A stretch of DNA of 64,000 bases from an uncultured Lachnospiraceae bacterium. Its GTDB lineage: Bacteria; Bacillota; Clostridia; Lachnospirales; Lachnospiraceae. Under the pieces are notes generated by a model that worked only from the letters and a program-made list of their open reading frames with translations, did no database searches and was not told where the DNA came from. The translations under genes were made by a program, and so were the position numbers. The stretch spans positions 1 to 64,000 of the forward strand of contig CBFFWQ010000011.1 of assembly GCA_965645705.1 (NCBI GenBank), read 5' to 3'. This document shows positions 1 to 10,574 of this stretch, one piece after another; position 1 is the stretch's first letter; each line of letters begins with the position of its first letter.

Positions 1-608
1 CTTTTCAAAAATTTGTAGTTCGGATTGTAGTGGCTGGTTTGATTCTTGTGGTATTGGTTAAACTTTTATTAGATTGCTATAAATAGGACTGACCGATAAA
101 GCAAGGTTTTTCAAATTTTCTATTTGTTTAGAGCGTTATAAAAATAACACAAATCAATGGATAAAATGATGCCTATGTTAAGTAGATTCCTACCAAACCT
201 ACTCTAAAAGCTGGTTTCAGTTGAGCTAATGCATAAGGGATTGTTCTTCACTTTTAAAATTACTAAAGATAATGAAATTGTATTAATGGTCATAATAAAA
301 ATAATTATTGTTCTTACTGAAACTTTTTACTCTGTTGTTATACTCACGAGTGGTAAATTTTACAGCTAACCTAAAAGTATACCAACTATAACAAATGTCT
401 TGCTGACGAATCTAAAGGCTCGTGAGTATAAATTCTTTCTAAATTAATAATATGAGTTCTGTTTAGCAGAAAGAAGTATACTACAAAACTAGTCACCAAA
501 TCGAAAATACCTCAAGAGCAGAACTAAAGGCTTATGGATACTTAGCATGGAAAAGGTTTTCTATCTTTTTCATCATAAATCCGCAGCAAGTAGATTAAGA
601 ACAACAAT

Positions 609-629
609 AAAAGGACGTTGCCTTTTCAG
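609..629 (-). terminator. Conserved hairpin+U-tract repeat (minus-sense GAAAAGGCAACGTCCTTTT), copy 1 of 5, about 100 nt downstream of the MVP stop
   Basis: Stem AAAAGGAC/GTCTTTT around a 3-nt loop followed by a T-run in gene sense. The same 20-28-mer recurs at 3442, 4858, 5998 and 10451. Confidence 0.45.
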
Positions 630-736
630 TACAACGCCCCAATAATTACACCAACAAGCTCTATAGCTACAATGACCATGCCACCTAATAAATCTAAAGG
701 CTCGTGAATCCAATACACCAGAATCTAAAGGAACTC

Positions 737-3259
737 TTAATCCTCGTCAACAGAAGGAGCAACAATAGAAGGGAGCTTTTCAACAAACTCCTCTAAAGAA
801 GTTCCATGAAGCAAACGGGTAGTTACATCAACAACAGACTCACCACTATCCGCAGCTAAAGCATAAGGACTCATCGCCTCCGCCAAAGTCTTCAATAACT
901 CGGCATTCGAAGTAGCAGTCATAGAGGCAATAAGGTCAGGACTAATCGCTTTCATTACATCCCGAATTGCTTCTGTTACAGATTCCCGTTTAGATACTTC
1001 AAGTTCTTCTAAAGCTTCTTTATATGCAATCTCTGCATCCTCGGACTTCTTCTTCCTCTTTAATTCTGCTTCTTGAATAGCATCCAGCACAGGCTGCAAA
1101 TTTTTCTCGGTTTCCTTTGCAGTCCTTATAGCAGTTTCTTCTAAACGCTTGATAACTTCTTCTTTTGCAATCTTTGCGGTAGCCAATGCTTTCTCCAACT
1201 CAAGTTCATGCTGTTTGTTATCATATTCAAGTTCAGCTTCACGTTCTTCTGCCTTAATCATCTGTTCCAGAATTTCGACTTCACGCTCTTTACTCGACCA
1301 TTCCAGCTGCCTACGAACCATAGTATACTGATGTCTATCAATCATATTCTGAATACTGTCTTCGACATGAATGCTCAATACATCAACATCGTGAACAAAC
1401 ATACCATTCTCACTAAAAAGCATTCCTGCTTTTCCACTCTCCATGTTTGTTACAATACCAGACTCTGGAATACCTAAAGCCACCCTTCTCACAATATCAG
1501 AAGCATTCTGATAAAAATCCTGAATTGTGTGTTTCTTTACTTCTCTCTTTAATAAAGAACGCTGCCTATCGCACAGATACTTCACATAGTTTTCTACATC
1601 AAACCATTTACTCTTAAACCTTTCTAGAAAATCAACACAGTAAGATACTTTCACATCTACATTAACAAAATCTTTCGTTTGCACATGAATGATATCAGCA
1701 ATCTTATTATTAGCCACACGCAAATAAACTGTCTTAAATAATTCATCTGTAGTTTTTGGTTTCCCTGTTGACAGTTCTAAAACTTCTAATGTCTGATCAT
1801 ATTCAAGCAGACAAGTCTGCGGACCACACACTACTTTTCTAGTACCATCCTTAGAAATTAGATTCACAGCATATCCCGTGAAAATTTCAATGGAAACAAC
1901 ACCAGCATACTTATTATCAATAAGAATTGTACGTGGTTCGCTGTAGGTATTCCCACGTGAAAATCCAGATTCTTCTACGACTGCATTTACCTGACCGTAG
2001 AAACCATTATCTAAAGGCTGAGCACTAAAATCATTAAACCTTTCAAAGGAACTCTGCTTAACTCTATTAGCACTTTTCATACTATTTCCAAGACTTCTAT
2101 TATACTCTAAAGCTTTTTCATTACCAGGAAACCATAATCTACACTGTTTATCTGTAAGCTTCCTTTTTACAACGACCTCATTCCTTGGGTCAGGCAAATA
2201 CATCGCTGGTCCTTTCACCATCTTTACATTGCCATTCATTCTATCAAGCACATAACGCCCTTCTCCAGCAGGAATAGCGATTGCATGATGCAATACCTTA
2301 TCTTCATACTTAATAATAGAATGTTCTGCCCTTGGATAATAAATCATCTGATCCTTACCTGTAATAAAAAGTTCTTCCCCAGTCTTGTAGCTCTTACCAG
2401 TATGCTCATCCACATAATCAGCAATAACCTTTAAATAAATCCCACTAATCTCAGACAATTCGATTGCCTTAAACTTATAGCCGCCAGTAGCTGTATTTTT
2501 TACGAAAATCTCATCAGGCTCTGGAAATACAACCGCTGAACCATGAATATACTTCTTTTCACCTTGCTCATTTTTTAGAATACAGTACTCTAACCTTTCC
2601 AGAGTAACAGCGTCCCTTACATACTTGTCACCTTTCCCACCAATAGGAAGAACTTCAATGCCTGTCGGCGGGATATAAAAAGGAACTTCTGTGCCTTTAA
2701 TTACAAGAATCTGTCCTACAGTATAACTAGCAGGAACTACCTCCGTAACAGAAGAATCTAAAGGAATGTCATCCTCACTACTCTCGTCTGCAACACCCTG
2801 AGTTTTCGGCAAGCCGACATCTGCTAAAGCATCTGCATCATAAACACGAGCCAATAAATACTGATTGGAATGCAACCTGTGACCTTGAATTACCTTAGCC
2901 ATCTGCCCTGGATACAATGCAAAAGAAATATTTCCCTTGATATTTACTTTCTTTCCAACCTGTAATTTCGGTGTTGTGTTTGGAGAATTCGGTGCTGGAT
3001 AGGAGCCATCTACAGTAGGATTCTTTAATGCAACATACCAATTCTCTGGTACTGCAACAAAAGTTGTAATAGCCGTGTCGAAGTTTGCTTCCTCAAACTT
3101 CTTTGTTTCTTCATTAAATACAACTAAAGCATCGGAATTGGACAGGCTCATTTTGCTGGAACCTACGACGCAGGAAATTAAACCTTTTGTCTTATCCAGC
3201 ACATAAGCGTACTCATTAGGATTTAATACCAAATCCCTTTCCCTTTGTAAATCTGACAT
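737..3259 (-). CDS. Major vault protein (MVP) homolog, about 840 aa: N-terminal vault repeats, SPFH-like shoulder, long cap-helix coiled coil and cap-ring
   Basis: Translation aligns by eye along its whole length with eukaryotic MVP. FALYPGQ matches FPLYPGE, TGEELFITG matches TGEEWLVT, VVCGPQTCLLEYDQTLEVLELSTGKPK matches [27 protein letters not shown], and a roughly 150-aa E/A/K-rich coiled coil is followed by AISPDLIASM...LLKTLAEAM, matching AIGPSTIRDL...LLQSLGL. Start trimmed to ATG at 3259 (MSDLQ), preceded by AAAGGTGG 9 nt upstream. Confidence 0.8.
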   Translation of the reverse strand: MSDLQRERDLVLNPNEYAYVLDKTKGLISCVVGSSKMSLSNSDALVVFNEETKKFEEANFDTAITTFVAVPENWYVALKNPTVDGSYPAPNSPNTTPKLQVGKKVNIKGNISFALYPGQMAKVIQGHRLHSNQYLLARVYDADALADVGLPKTQGVADESSEDDIPLDSSVTEVVPASYTVGQILVIKGTEVPFYIPPTGIEVLPIGGKGDKYVRDAVTLERLEYCILKNEQGEKKYIHGSAVVFPEPDEIFVKNTATGGYKFKAIELSEISGIYLKVIADYVDEHTGKSYKTGEELFITGKDQMIYYPRAEHSIIKYEDKVLHHAIAIPAGEGRYVLDRMNGNVKMVKGPAMYLPDPRNEVVVKRKLTDKQCRLWFPGNEKALEYNRSLGNSMKSANRVKQSSFERFNDFSAQPLDNGFYGQVNAVVEESGFSRGNTYSEPRTILIDNKYAGVVSIEIFTGYAVNLISKDGTRKVVCGPQTCLLEYDQTLEVLELSTGKPKTTDELFKTVYLRVANNKIADIIHVQTKDFVNVDVKVSYCVDFLERFKSKWFDVENYVKYLCDRQRSLLKREVKKHTIQDFYQNASDIVRRVALGIPESGIVTNMESGKAGMLFSENGMFVHDVDVLSIHVEDSIQNMIDRHQYTMVRRQLEWSSKEREVEILEQMIKAEEREAELEYDNKQHELELEKALATAKIAKEEVIKRLEETAIRTAKETEKNLQPVLDAIQEAELKRKKKSEDAEIAYKEALEELEVSKRESVTEAIRDVMKAISPDLIASMTATSNAELLKTLAEAMSPYALAADSGESVVDVTTRLLHGTSLEEFVEKLPSIVAPSVDED

Positions 3260-3441
3260 AATAGTAACCACCTTTCTTAATGTTAATAGAATTAGAATTG
3301 TACGGAAAACACAAGAATACCGAACAAATCTAATCAAGTGAGTTTAAGTAAAGATAAGGGAACAATTAATCTTTACCAACTGTTGCGGAGTAACAATACT
3401 GCTCTAAAGGCTACCACTCACAGGCATTTATAGGCAACAGA

Positions 3442-3460
3442 AAAAGGACGCTGTCTTTTC
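3442..3460 (-). terminator. Conserved hairpin+U-tract repeat, copy 2 (AAAAGGACGCTGTCTTTTC), flanked by two TCTAAAG motif copies upstream of the MVP gene
   Basis: Same hairpin as 609-629. Gene-sense reading is GAAAAGACAGCGTCCTTTTT. Confidence 0.45.
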
Positions 3461-3573
3461 AGAACAATATCCTTGTTGATCTAAAGAATTATTAAAGTGA
3501 ATTAGAATACAAGAATCAATTATTACACAAACGATAGATAGTTCCAAAAGTCTTTCGTTATCACATACTATAT

Positions 3574-3936
3574 TTATTCCAATAAATCTTTATTTTTCAT
3601 AAACAATAATCGCAAAAGTTCCGTTTTACCAGTAGCAGAATCACCAATAATCCTTGTAATTTTTTTAATGCTTAAGTTAGAACTATCAATATTCTTCATA
3701 ATCAACTCCTCCATACCACATGCAGACCCCCACAGTTTTATCGCAGGTAATTCATATAATATAATTAAAGTTTTTACGCTACCACTTAATCGGTCTGAGG
3801 ATATAATTCCTAATACGGGGCTTTGAAACGCACCATTTCCAAGCACTTCCGTTTTATCAATTTCTTGTATCATTTGACACACAAACGGATCTTCAAACCA
3901 TTCGTGCCTGAGAACGGACATAAAATAAATCATCAA
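3574..3936 (-). CDS. Hypothetical protein with a Walker-A-like GDSATGKT near its C-terminus (possible truncated ATPase remnant)
   Basis: ORF only. The P-loop sits about 20 aa before the stop, which is atypical. Confidence 0.3.
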   Translation of the reverse strand: MMIYFMSVLRHEWFEDPFVCQMIQEIDKTEVLGNGAFQSPVLGIISSDRLSGSVKTLIILYELPAIKLWGSACGMEELIMKNIDSSNLSIKKITRIIGDSATGKTELLRLLFMKNKDLLE

Positions 3937-4290
3937 TATTTATATCTCGATTATTTACACTACCAACCTCTAATTTTAACATAAACCAACACCACTCCTA
4001 CAAAATAATTTTTATACATTAAGTATACTACTTCTAGCAATAAATTAATATTTAATGAAAAGAATGCTACCTTTTTAAGATAGTGTTCTTAATGTTCTAA
4101 AGGATTCAATAGAAATTGATTATGCTCACTAACTGTGAAATTTACCACTAATTAAAAAAACATATACCAACTACAACAAGTGATTTTCTGGCAAATCTAA
4201 AGGCTAATGGGTATAACGTGAGAAACAAAAATTTCCTGCTTCTTAAGAAAAGACTACAATATTATGTTACGTTGGAATTAATACCTTTCT

Positions 4291-4710
4291 TTAATTTTCT
4301 TTATAAATTATTTTTCTCATACCACTGCCACAGAAATCATGTGGTATCTTTTTGAAACCAAAAGTTTCGTAAAAAGATTCTTTTCCTTTTTCTGAAATAA
4401 GCTGGATACTTGACCTACCTCCGTCAGGCGTATGTTCTTCTACATAATCCAATAACATACTAATGATAGAAGTACCAATCTTTTGATTTTGAAAATCAGG
4501 GTGTACAATTACATCTACAATCATATAGTATTGTCCATCACCAAGCAGTCTACCCATAGCAATTGTTTTCTTATTTTCAACAACTGTGATTACATATAAA
4601 CTATTACTGATGGCAGTTTCTGCTTGTATTTTAGAAAAATTTTTCCAATTAACACTTTCTCTTAATCTATAATAATCTCCGTAAGATAAAATATTTTCTT
4701 TATACTCCAT
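4291..4710 (-). CDS. GNAT-family N-acetyltransferase
   Basis: VHPDFQNQKIGTSII matches the acetyl-CoA-binding motif A. Size 139 aa. AGAGGA SD 8 nt upstream of the ATG. Confidence 0.7.
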   Translation of the reverse strand: MEYKENILSYGDYYRLRESVNWKNFSKIQAETAISNSLYVITVVENKKTIAMGRLLGDGQYYMIVDVIVHPDFQNQKIGTSIISMLLDYVEEHTPDGGRSSIQLISEKGKESFYETFGFKKIPHDFCGSGMRKIIYKEN

Positions 4711-4857
4711 AAGAATTATCCTCTTATAAAATTAACAATAGTGTCTATGATTTTACTTTACTATGCCATATTGAAACACACTTATGTATGAAAAATAAAA
4801 TCCTTTTACATTTTAAGCTTAACCATAAATTAGCTTTACAAGAAATTTAATAACAAC

Positions 4858-4878
4858 AAAAGGATATTGTCTTTTCAG
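4858..4878 (-). terminator. Conserved hairpin+U-tract repeat, copy 3 (AAAAGGATATTGTCTTTTCAG)
   Basis: Sequence family match to 609 and 3442. Sits downstream of the Fic locus. Confidence 0.4.
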
Positions 4879-5050
4879 AATGACACCCTTAATGAACTAA
4901 ACTACTTGATCGATAAAATGACTAACTATTACACGAATGCATAGCTCTATATAAAGCTTCTAAACCAAAAAGCAAAAAAGGTGTGCAGTCTAAAATTTCA
5001 TTTTCAGAGTCAATGAAAGCTACATCATACCTTGCACGTTCTTTATCAAA

Positions 5051-5865
5051 TTAGGATGTGAAACTTACAGCTCTTATTTTATCCAAACCAGAATCAATTA
5101 AAAACTTATTCATAATCATTCTTCCAGTTCTACCATTACAATCAGAAAAAGGGTGTACATACTCAAAAGCAAAATGCAATAATAAAGCTTTCAACCATGC
5201 ATTCTCCGAAAAAATTGGCTTGTTGTAAAAATCAATAAAAGTTGTTATTGCAGCAGGAACCTGCTCAAATGGAATAGCCTCGTATTCACCAATATAAACA
5301 GGAGCTGTTCTCCATTTTTTACCCATAAGCCATCGCAAACACCATTTGCAAGAATTCGCCATAATTCTAAGAGAATTTCCTCATTAAATTTTCCAGTATA
5401 TAAGTTTAAATATTTGACAGCATCAAACCCATTTTTTATCATTGTTTCACTATATTCATTATTTTTATCAATAGGAGCACCATTTCTAAGTACGTGCGTC
5501 CTAGCTAAAGTAGTTTTTGCACCCTCTATTTTCATTGTATAAAAAATTTCTTCTTCTATCTTTACTGAATGCTCAACTACTTTAAGCTTATCATACTCTT
5601 TCTGTACTAACTCCTCTAAAGAAGCTATCTGACTATTATACAAAAATTTTAATGTTGTTACACCCAATTGCAATCTAGTATCAAAAAGATTTTTCTTTTG
5701 CTTTTCTAATTCCTCTTGTGTGCTTAATAAGCTTGTATAGGATACCCACGGAAAGTCTACTTCATCATCAAAATAAAGTCCTTTAGGATGTGTAAAAATA
5801 CTTATAGTTTTTGTTTCATCAATAGGAGGAGTTTTAAAAGCAAAAAATTTTTTAGCATCCAACAT
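5051..5865 (-). pseudogene. Fic (filamentation induced by cAMP) family protein, split by a frameshift into 5245..5865 (N-terminal part) and 5051..5362 (C-terminal part carrying the Fic motif)
   Basis: HPFSDCNGRTGR is the canonical Fic motif HPFx(D/E)GNGRxxR. The two ORFs overlap by 118 nt in different frames. Confidence 0.55.
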
Positions 5866-5997
5866 TATTAATAATTCCTTTCATTCTAATTTTTAAATCC
5901 AAAACCAATGATACTATTCTATCATAACTATAATGTATACACAAGATAGAAATACAAGGATTTCAATTAAAATCATTTTCTATTTTATTAATAAAAA

Positions 5998-6025
5998 CAA
6001 AAGGACGCTGTCTTTTCAGAACAAC
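5998..6025 (-). terminator. Conserved hairpin+U-tract repeat, copy 4 (AAAAGGACGCTGTCTTTTCAGAACAACG)
   Basis: Sequence family match. A GACCTAAAGG motif copy lies immediately adjacent. Confidence 0.45.
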
Positions 6026-6060
6026 GTACTTGATGACCTAAAGGAATCAAATTAAAAATA

Positions 6061-6500
6061 CTACTCAGAATCAGAATCTGAAGAATCCTGTTTTTCTTCA
6101 GCACCATTACGAACATAATCTGGAACATGATAAAACCTCTGCTGTCTAGGCTTCGGCGGATGCTTCTTATGATAAACCTTATGACACTTACGTACAATAA
6201 TAATCACTAAGCTAAAGAGGATTGCATACAGAAATAAATGAATAATAACCATTCAAGAAATTCTGCAAAATTCTGCACTGTCTCAACTAAAGTATTACGC
6301 AATCTCTTTAAGAAAGTATCATTTGTCTTCGGTTTATCTTTATAGTGAGAAACCTCATTAATACTTATATTCAAATAGGAATAAGCAACATCTGCTTCTA
6401 TCATCATACGTGATTTTAGTTGCTCAATCTGAACCTGAACTTCTGTTAAGTAACTTTCTATTTGTAGCATTTCCTGCGTATTAAAAGACTTTTCAAGCAT
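6061..6500 (-). CDS. Hypothetical protein(s): two overlapping ORFs (6207..6500 and 6061..6252, the latter with a TM helix). May be one frameshifted gene.
   Basis: ORFs only. Confidence 0.2.
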
Positions 6501-6836
6501 TTTAACATATGCTTTTCTTTTGCTTAAAGAATTTCCATACGAACACCAGCGTCTTTATACTCTTGACTTACATTCTCTACGATGGACTCTTTACTTCTTA
6601 TGTCACCTAAAGAATTAATGAGAGTGTCATACTTTGTACTCGGAACTCTTACAGTTGCTGTATAATGTTGTTGCTTTTGAGATTCATCCATCACATAATC
6701 ATAGTGTCCTGCACCATCGCTATAATACTCTTACTCAACAAAACCACCTAAATCTTGCAGCAGACTCTTGAAAGAAGTTGCAGAAGTGTCAATGGAAACT
6801 TCGCACCTATAAATCAACATCTCTTTATCAATAATG

Positions 6837-7067
6837 TTATTTTGAGCAGAGGGAGAAATCTATGGAGGAGGTGAAGGACTTGGGTGAATCGTGAGAGGAA
6901 ACAGAGGAATCATAGGCGGAAGAAGAAAAACCTAAAGAATCCTCGTTGCCTGAACTAAAACCTTTATAACTGTCAGTACTGCTACCATCGTAAAAATTAT
7001 CACCACCAGTACAGCCAACGATAACCATACAAGAAACAAATAATCCAATGAAAAAAATCTTTTTCAT
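6837..7067 (-). CDS. Putative lipoprotein (signal peptide with a VGC lipobox, S/D-rich). Short and possibly truncated; no ORF follows over about 300 nt.
   Basis: MKKIFFIGLFVSCMVIVGC N-terminus. Confidence 0.3.
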   Translation of the reverse strand: MKKIFFIGLFVSCMVIVGCTGGDNFYDGSSTDSYKGFSSGNEDSLGFSSSAYDSSVSSHDSPKSFTSSIDFSLCSK

Positions 7068-7150
7068 AACGTACCTACCTAACTAAGAAATTATCTTCTA
7101 AGTACAACCACATAAAATTAAATGGTATCTCATCAAAATTGTCTAAGGTG

Positions 7151-7618
7151 CTAATTTATCAAATCACGAAGCTCAGTATAATAAACAGAATTTAACCAAA
7201 ATACAAAAATAGGATAAGGAACTCTGTAAATACCTTGTTCATCATCTGTTAGCACTATTTTTGTTTTCTTTTTACCTATAAGAATCTTTGTAAAGTAATC
7301 GTATTCTTGGAAAACATGAAAATGCGTAGCTGAAATCGACTTATCTGAAATACTCATCTCATACATAATCTGTCGCTTAAAATCAATAAGATCTACTTCA
7401 GCATCACCCTGCTCAGGCTTATGCAATTCTGTAATACAGTAATGTGCTTGTGCATCACAATAAGCACCCTTCAAAAAAGTCTCAATAAAACTTCCTAACA
7501 AAGCACCTGTTAAAACATCAGACAGAACTAAAGAAATACCACCAACATTTTTCAGATCCATCAATAAATCTTTAAGCAATCCCACAAAGGGTAATGGTGA
7601 AATCACTAAAACATTCAC
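7151..7618 (-). CDS. Hypothetical protein, 4-nt overlap with the upstream ORF (same operon)
   Basis: ORF only. Confidence 0.3.
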   Translation of the reverse strand: MNVLVISPLPFVGLLKDLLMDLKNVGGISLVLSDVLTGALLGSFIETFLKGAYCDAQAHYCITELHKPEQGDAEVDLIDFKRQIMYEMSISDKSISATHFHVFQEYDYFTKILIGKKKTKIVLTDDEQGIYRVPYPIFVFWLNSVYYTELRDLIN

Positions 7619-8088
7619 AAGTTTAAAAAAAAACTTGTAATATTTACAATTCTTTTTCCAGCTAAATACTCATTCCCTGAAAACCAATCCAATAATTCAT
7701 CACTATTTAGCATATTATTTATAGACTGAAAGCACACTAATCTACAATTGTATAATAATTTTAGAGCTGCTTTTACATCAGTAAAATTATACTTCCCAAC
7801 ATTTCGAGCATAATGACTAATAAGGTTATGTTCCAAAACTAAATTAAATATTTCCTGTTGTTCTTTTGAAATAGTCTTTAATGTTTTATTTAGGATATTT
7901 TGAATACTTTTTAAAGTTCTTGCACCTGAACACATTGCATCCCAGCCTGAATTATTATGCAAATGATACAAACATAAACATAAAATACAAATTGTAAATT
8001 CCGTGTCACGTACATTAGATGCAGGATTTCTAGTCTCATAAACTCGATTAGTATTTGATACAACATTTTCTTCAATACAAGAAGCCAA
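7615..8088 (-). CDS. Hypothetical protein
   Basis: ORF only. Confidence 0.3.
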   Translation of the reverse strand: MASCIEENVVSNTNRVYETRNPASNVRDTEFTICILCLCLYHLHNNSGWDAMCSGARTLKSIQNILNKTLKTISKEQQEIFNLVLEHNLISHYARNVGKYNFTDVKAALKLLYNCRLVCFQSINNMLNSDELLDWFSGNEYLAGKRIVNITSFFLNL

Positions 8089-8121
8089 ATACTCTTTTAA
8101 AGAGCTAAAACCGGAAAACTT

Positions 8122-8772
8122 TCAAGCATTCTCAATATACTCATTAAAATTTTCAACAGTGACATCTTCAGAATACTTTGATACACAGGCTACAAGATCT
8201 TCCACTAAAAACATAAATTTGTCATAATTACTTCTTTTACCAGTATAAACCAAATACTCTACAAAATTTAAAAAAGTAGCTCTTACATAAACAATTTGAG
8301 TGGCTATACCACGCCTACAAGCTGCGTGTATCATAATCTCCGAAGATCCAGTAAAAATTATTTTTACTGACGAAAAACTTCTACGTGCGGTATCTCCAAT
8401 ATTAGAAATAAAATTATCATATTTAGGCACATAAGTAATCTCATCTAATAAAATAAAATCATAAGAATTATTAGAAATGCTGCTTAATACATGATTGAGT
8501 AAATCATCAATATAATAATCATGTTCAATTGTTGCAAAGTTTATTGATAGTACTTTATAACCTCTTTGCAACAATTCTTCCTGTAACTGACCTAAAGCTA
8601 TTGTCTTTCCAATTTTGCGTGGTCCTAATAATGCACAAAACCTTGTTTCTGAACTTAAAGCAAAATCTAATAAGCTATAGTAGAACATTCTCTTAAAACT
8701 TTTAGATTCTGGCACAGATTCAATTGTGTTAACATTATTATCAAAAGCAAAAACCGTTTTAGCAATCGACAT
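8122..8772 (-). CDS. P-loop ATPase (Walker A LLGPRKIGKT). May form one broken AAA/DUF4143-type gene with the two downstream ORFs.
   Basis: Walker A motif near the N-terminus, Walker B-like ILLDEI. Confidence 0.45.
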   Translation of the reverse strand: MSIAKTVFAFDNNVNTIESVPESKSFKRMFYYSLLDFALSSETRFCALLGPRKIGKTIALGQLQEELLQRGYKVLSINFATIEHDYYIDDLLNHVLSSISNNSYDFILLDEITYVPKYDNFISNIGDTARRSFSSVKIIFTGSSEIMIHAACRRGIATQIVYVRATFLNFVEYLVYTGKRSNYDKFMFLVEDLVACVSKYSEDVTVENFNEYIENA

Positions 8773-9035
8773 AATAAACCCTCCATTTGATTATAATAAC
8801 CAATTAATATGAATTCAACGAACAAAATTTATTGCAGAGTTTCCGATTCTAGATTTCCCTAATAGCATTATTAAAGAGAAATTTTATTACATATAGTTTT
8901 ACTTATTATATTTACAAACTATAAAATTTTACCATAAACTAATGGAAATGATAGTAACTTACAACGAGTATCCTATTTAACAAAATCTAGAGCTTGTAAG
9001 TATAAATAATATTATTTTATTTCATCAAATTCACA

Positions 9036-10226
9036 TTAATTATAAATACTTAGTTCTGTCTTACACAAAAATTCCACATACGATAATTCTTCCTTTGTAT
9101 TAGGAATAAACACACTTTCTTCTTTGAAAATAAAATTCTCCTGAAATAGTATTCCTGACAATCCTAAATAAGTTCCTTTTAAAAAATCTTCCAATTTTAA
9201 TGAGCATCTGACACCTATTCTTCTTTCAAGTATTCGTGCTGTAAATATGAAACTTCGTAGTGAACTAAAAAATATTCTAAAATTTTCAAATACCTTTTTC
9301 ACTGTATCAATAGTAATCAAATTTGGATACATCATTTTGCTGTTTGTAAACAAAAAACTATAAAGTTCTCCTTGAGCCACTTGTATACCTTTTGACTCAA
9401 AACCAATGAATCTTGTTAAAACTAATAGCTTTAATAATTCTTTAAACTTTGAAAATTCTAAAGAACAAATACGCTTGTACTGTTCGGAAGAATGATCTTC
9501 CGTAGCAATAGCATACAAAAGATCCAACATAGAGTTTGGTTTATAAAATGAAATAAAATCTATACCTCGCTGATCGCATTTATTTCGTTCCAAAATATAA
9601 TACTCACGCAACCAAAGTTCCAAGTAATCTAAAGCGTCTAATCTCAGCAATAAAGCCATGTATTCAAAATAACTATTAATATCTGCAAGACCTAAAGTAC
9701 ACAATACTTTAAGATCATTCACATCCTCAGGTGTGCTTAAATTTCTTTCACGAGCAATCCATTCTACAAAGTGCAAATCACGCATATAGAATATCTCACA
9801 CTCGCAACGCTCATAGCAAAAATACTCATGTAAATCTCTTCTATGAACACGTTCGAAATTAGATATGATAAGCAATTTTGTCTTGGAAATAAAAGGATTC
9901 TCTTCATCATAAATATCCGAAAAATATCCAAGACTCTGATCAAAAAAATACATAGCCCCAAAGTTATCTAAAATAACTAAATTTGGTTTGTCTGTTTTTT
10001 GAATATGGCAAACCTCAGAAAATAATTCGAGAGGCTTTTCCTCGCCTACATAATCTAAAGCATCATAATAGTAAATAGTGTAAGCACTATCCTTTAAATC
10101 ATGATACAATTGTTTTATCAAAGTAGTCTTACCAACACCATACGATCCTAATAAACCACAAGCTTGTTTATTCGATTTTAATACAAAGTCTCTTACCTTT
10201 TCATAAAGTAATCTTTTTGGATACAT
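9036..10226 (-). CDS. AAA-family ATPase (AAA_14-like N-terminus with Walker A GSYGVGKTT and Walker B LVILDNFG, long C-terminal domain)
   Basis: Motifs as stated. Architecture is typical of STAND/AAA-DUF4143-type proteins common in defence islands. Confidence 0.5.
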   Translation of the reverse strand: MYPKRLLYEKVRDFVLKSNKQACGLLGSYGVGKTTLIKQLYHDLKDSAYTIYYYDALDYVGEEKPLELFSEVCHIQKTDKPNLVILDNFGAMYFFDQSLGYFSDIYDEENPFISKTKLLIISNFERVHRRDLHEYFCYERCECEIFYMRDLHFVEWIARERNLSTPEDVNDLKVLCTLGLADINSYFEYMALLLRLDALDYLELWLREYYILERNKCDQRGIDFISFYKPNSMLDLLYAIATEDHSSEQYKRICSLEFSKFKELLKLLVLTRFIGFESKGIQVAQGELYSFLFTNSKMMYPNLITIDTVKKVFENFRIFFSSLRSFIFTARILERRIGVRCSLKLEDFLKGTYLGLSGILFQENFIFKEESVFIPNTKEELSYVEFLCKTELSIYN

Positions 10227-10450
10227 ACAATCACCCCTAAGCCTATCGTGAACTTAAAATAACTGTCTACGATTAATACACCTTAATTGTAATTACCATT
10301 TTATCAGACAAAAAACAAAATATCAAGCAATTTAAAAAATTCACTATTACATAATTTCAGAAATTGTACAAAATAAATTTACGATCTTAATGAAACAAAT
10401 ACCAAAATAGACAATATTTGCTCTGCAATCAATTATAATTCCTTAATAAT

Positions 10451-10480
10451 AAAAAGACATTGCCTTCTCAGAACAACGCC
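10451..10480 (-). terminator. Conserved hairpin+U-tract repeat, copy 5 (AAAAAGACATTGCCTTCTCAGAACAACGCC)
   Basis: Sequence family match. Lies 3' of the ATCCTACTTGGCAAATCTAAAGGCTCATG element. Confidence 0.4.
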
Positions 10481-10574
10481 TTTGATACAAACGAACTATG
10501 AAATTTACCGTTAACTAAAAATAATATCCTGCTTGGCAAATCTAAAGGCTCATGTAATAACCTAATGTACCTGA

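Noticed and set aside
1149-1477. Plus-strand ORFs nested antisense inside long minus-strand genes (for example 1149..1477, 11514..11744, 22701..23084, 29673..30182, 38092..38326, 59453..59743)
   Set aside because: They lie wholly within well-supported minus-strand genes, have low-complexity composition, lack SD sites and are typical antisense artefacts of AT-rich DNA.
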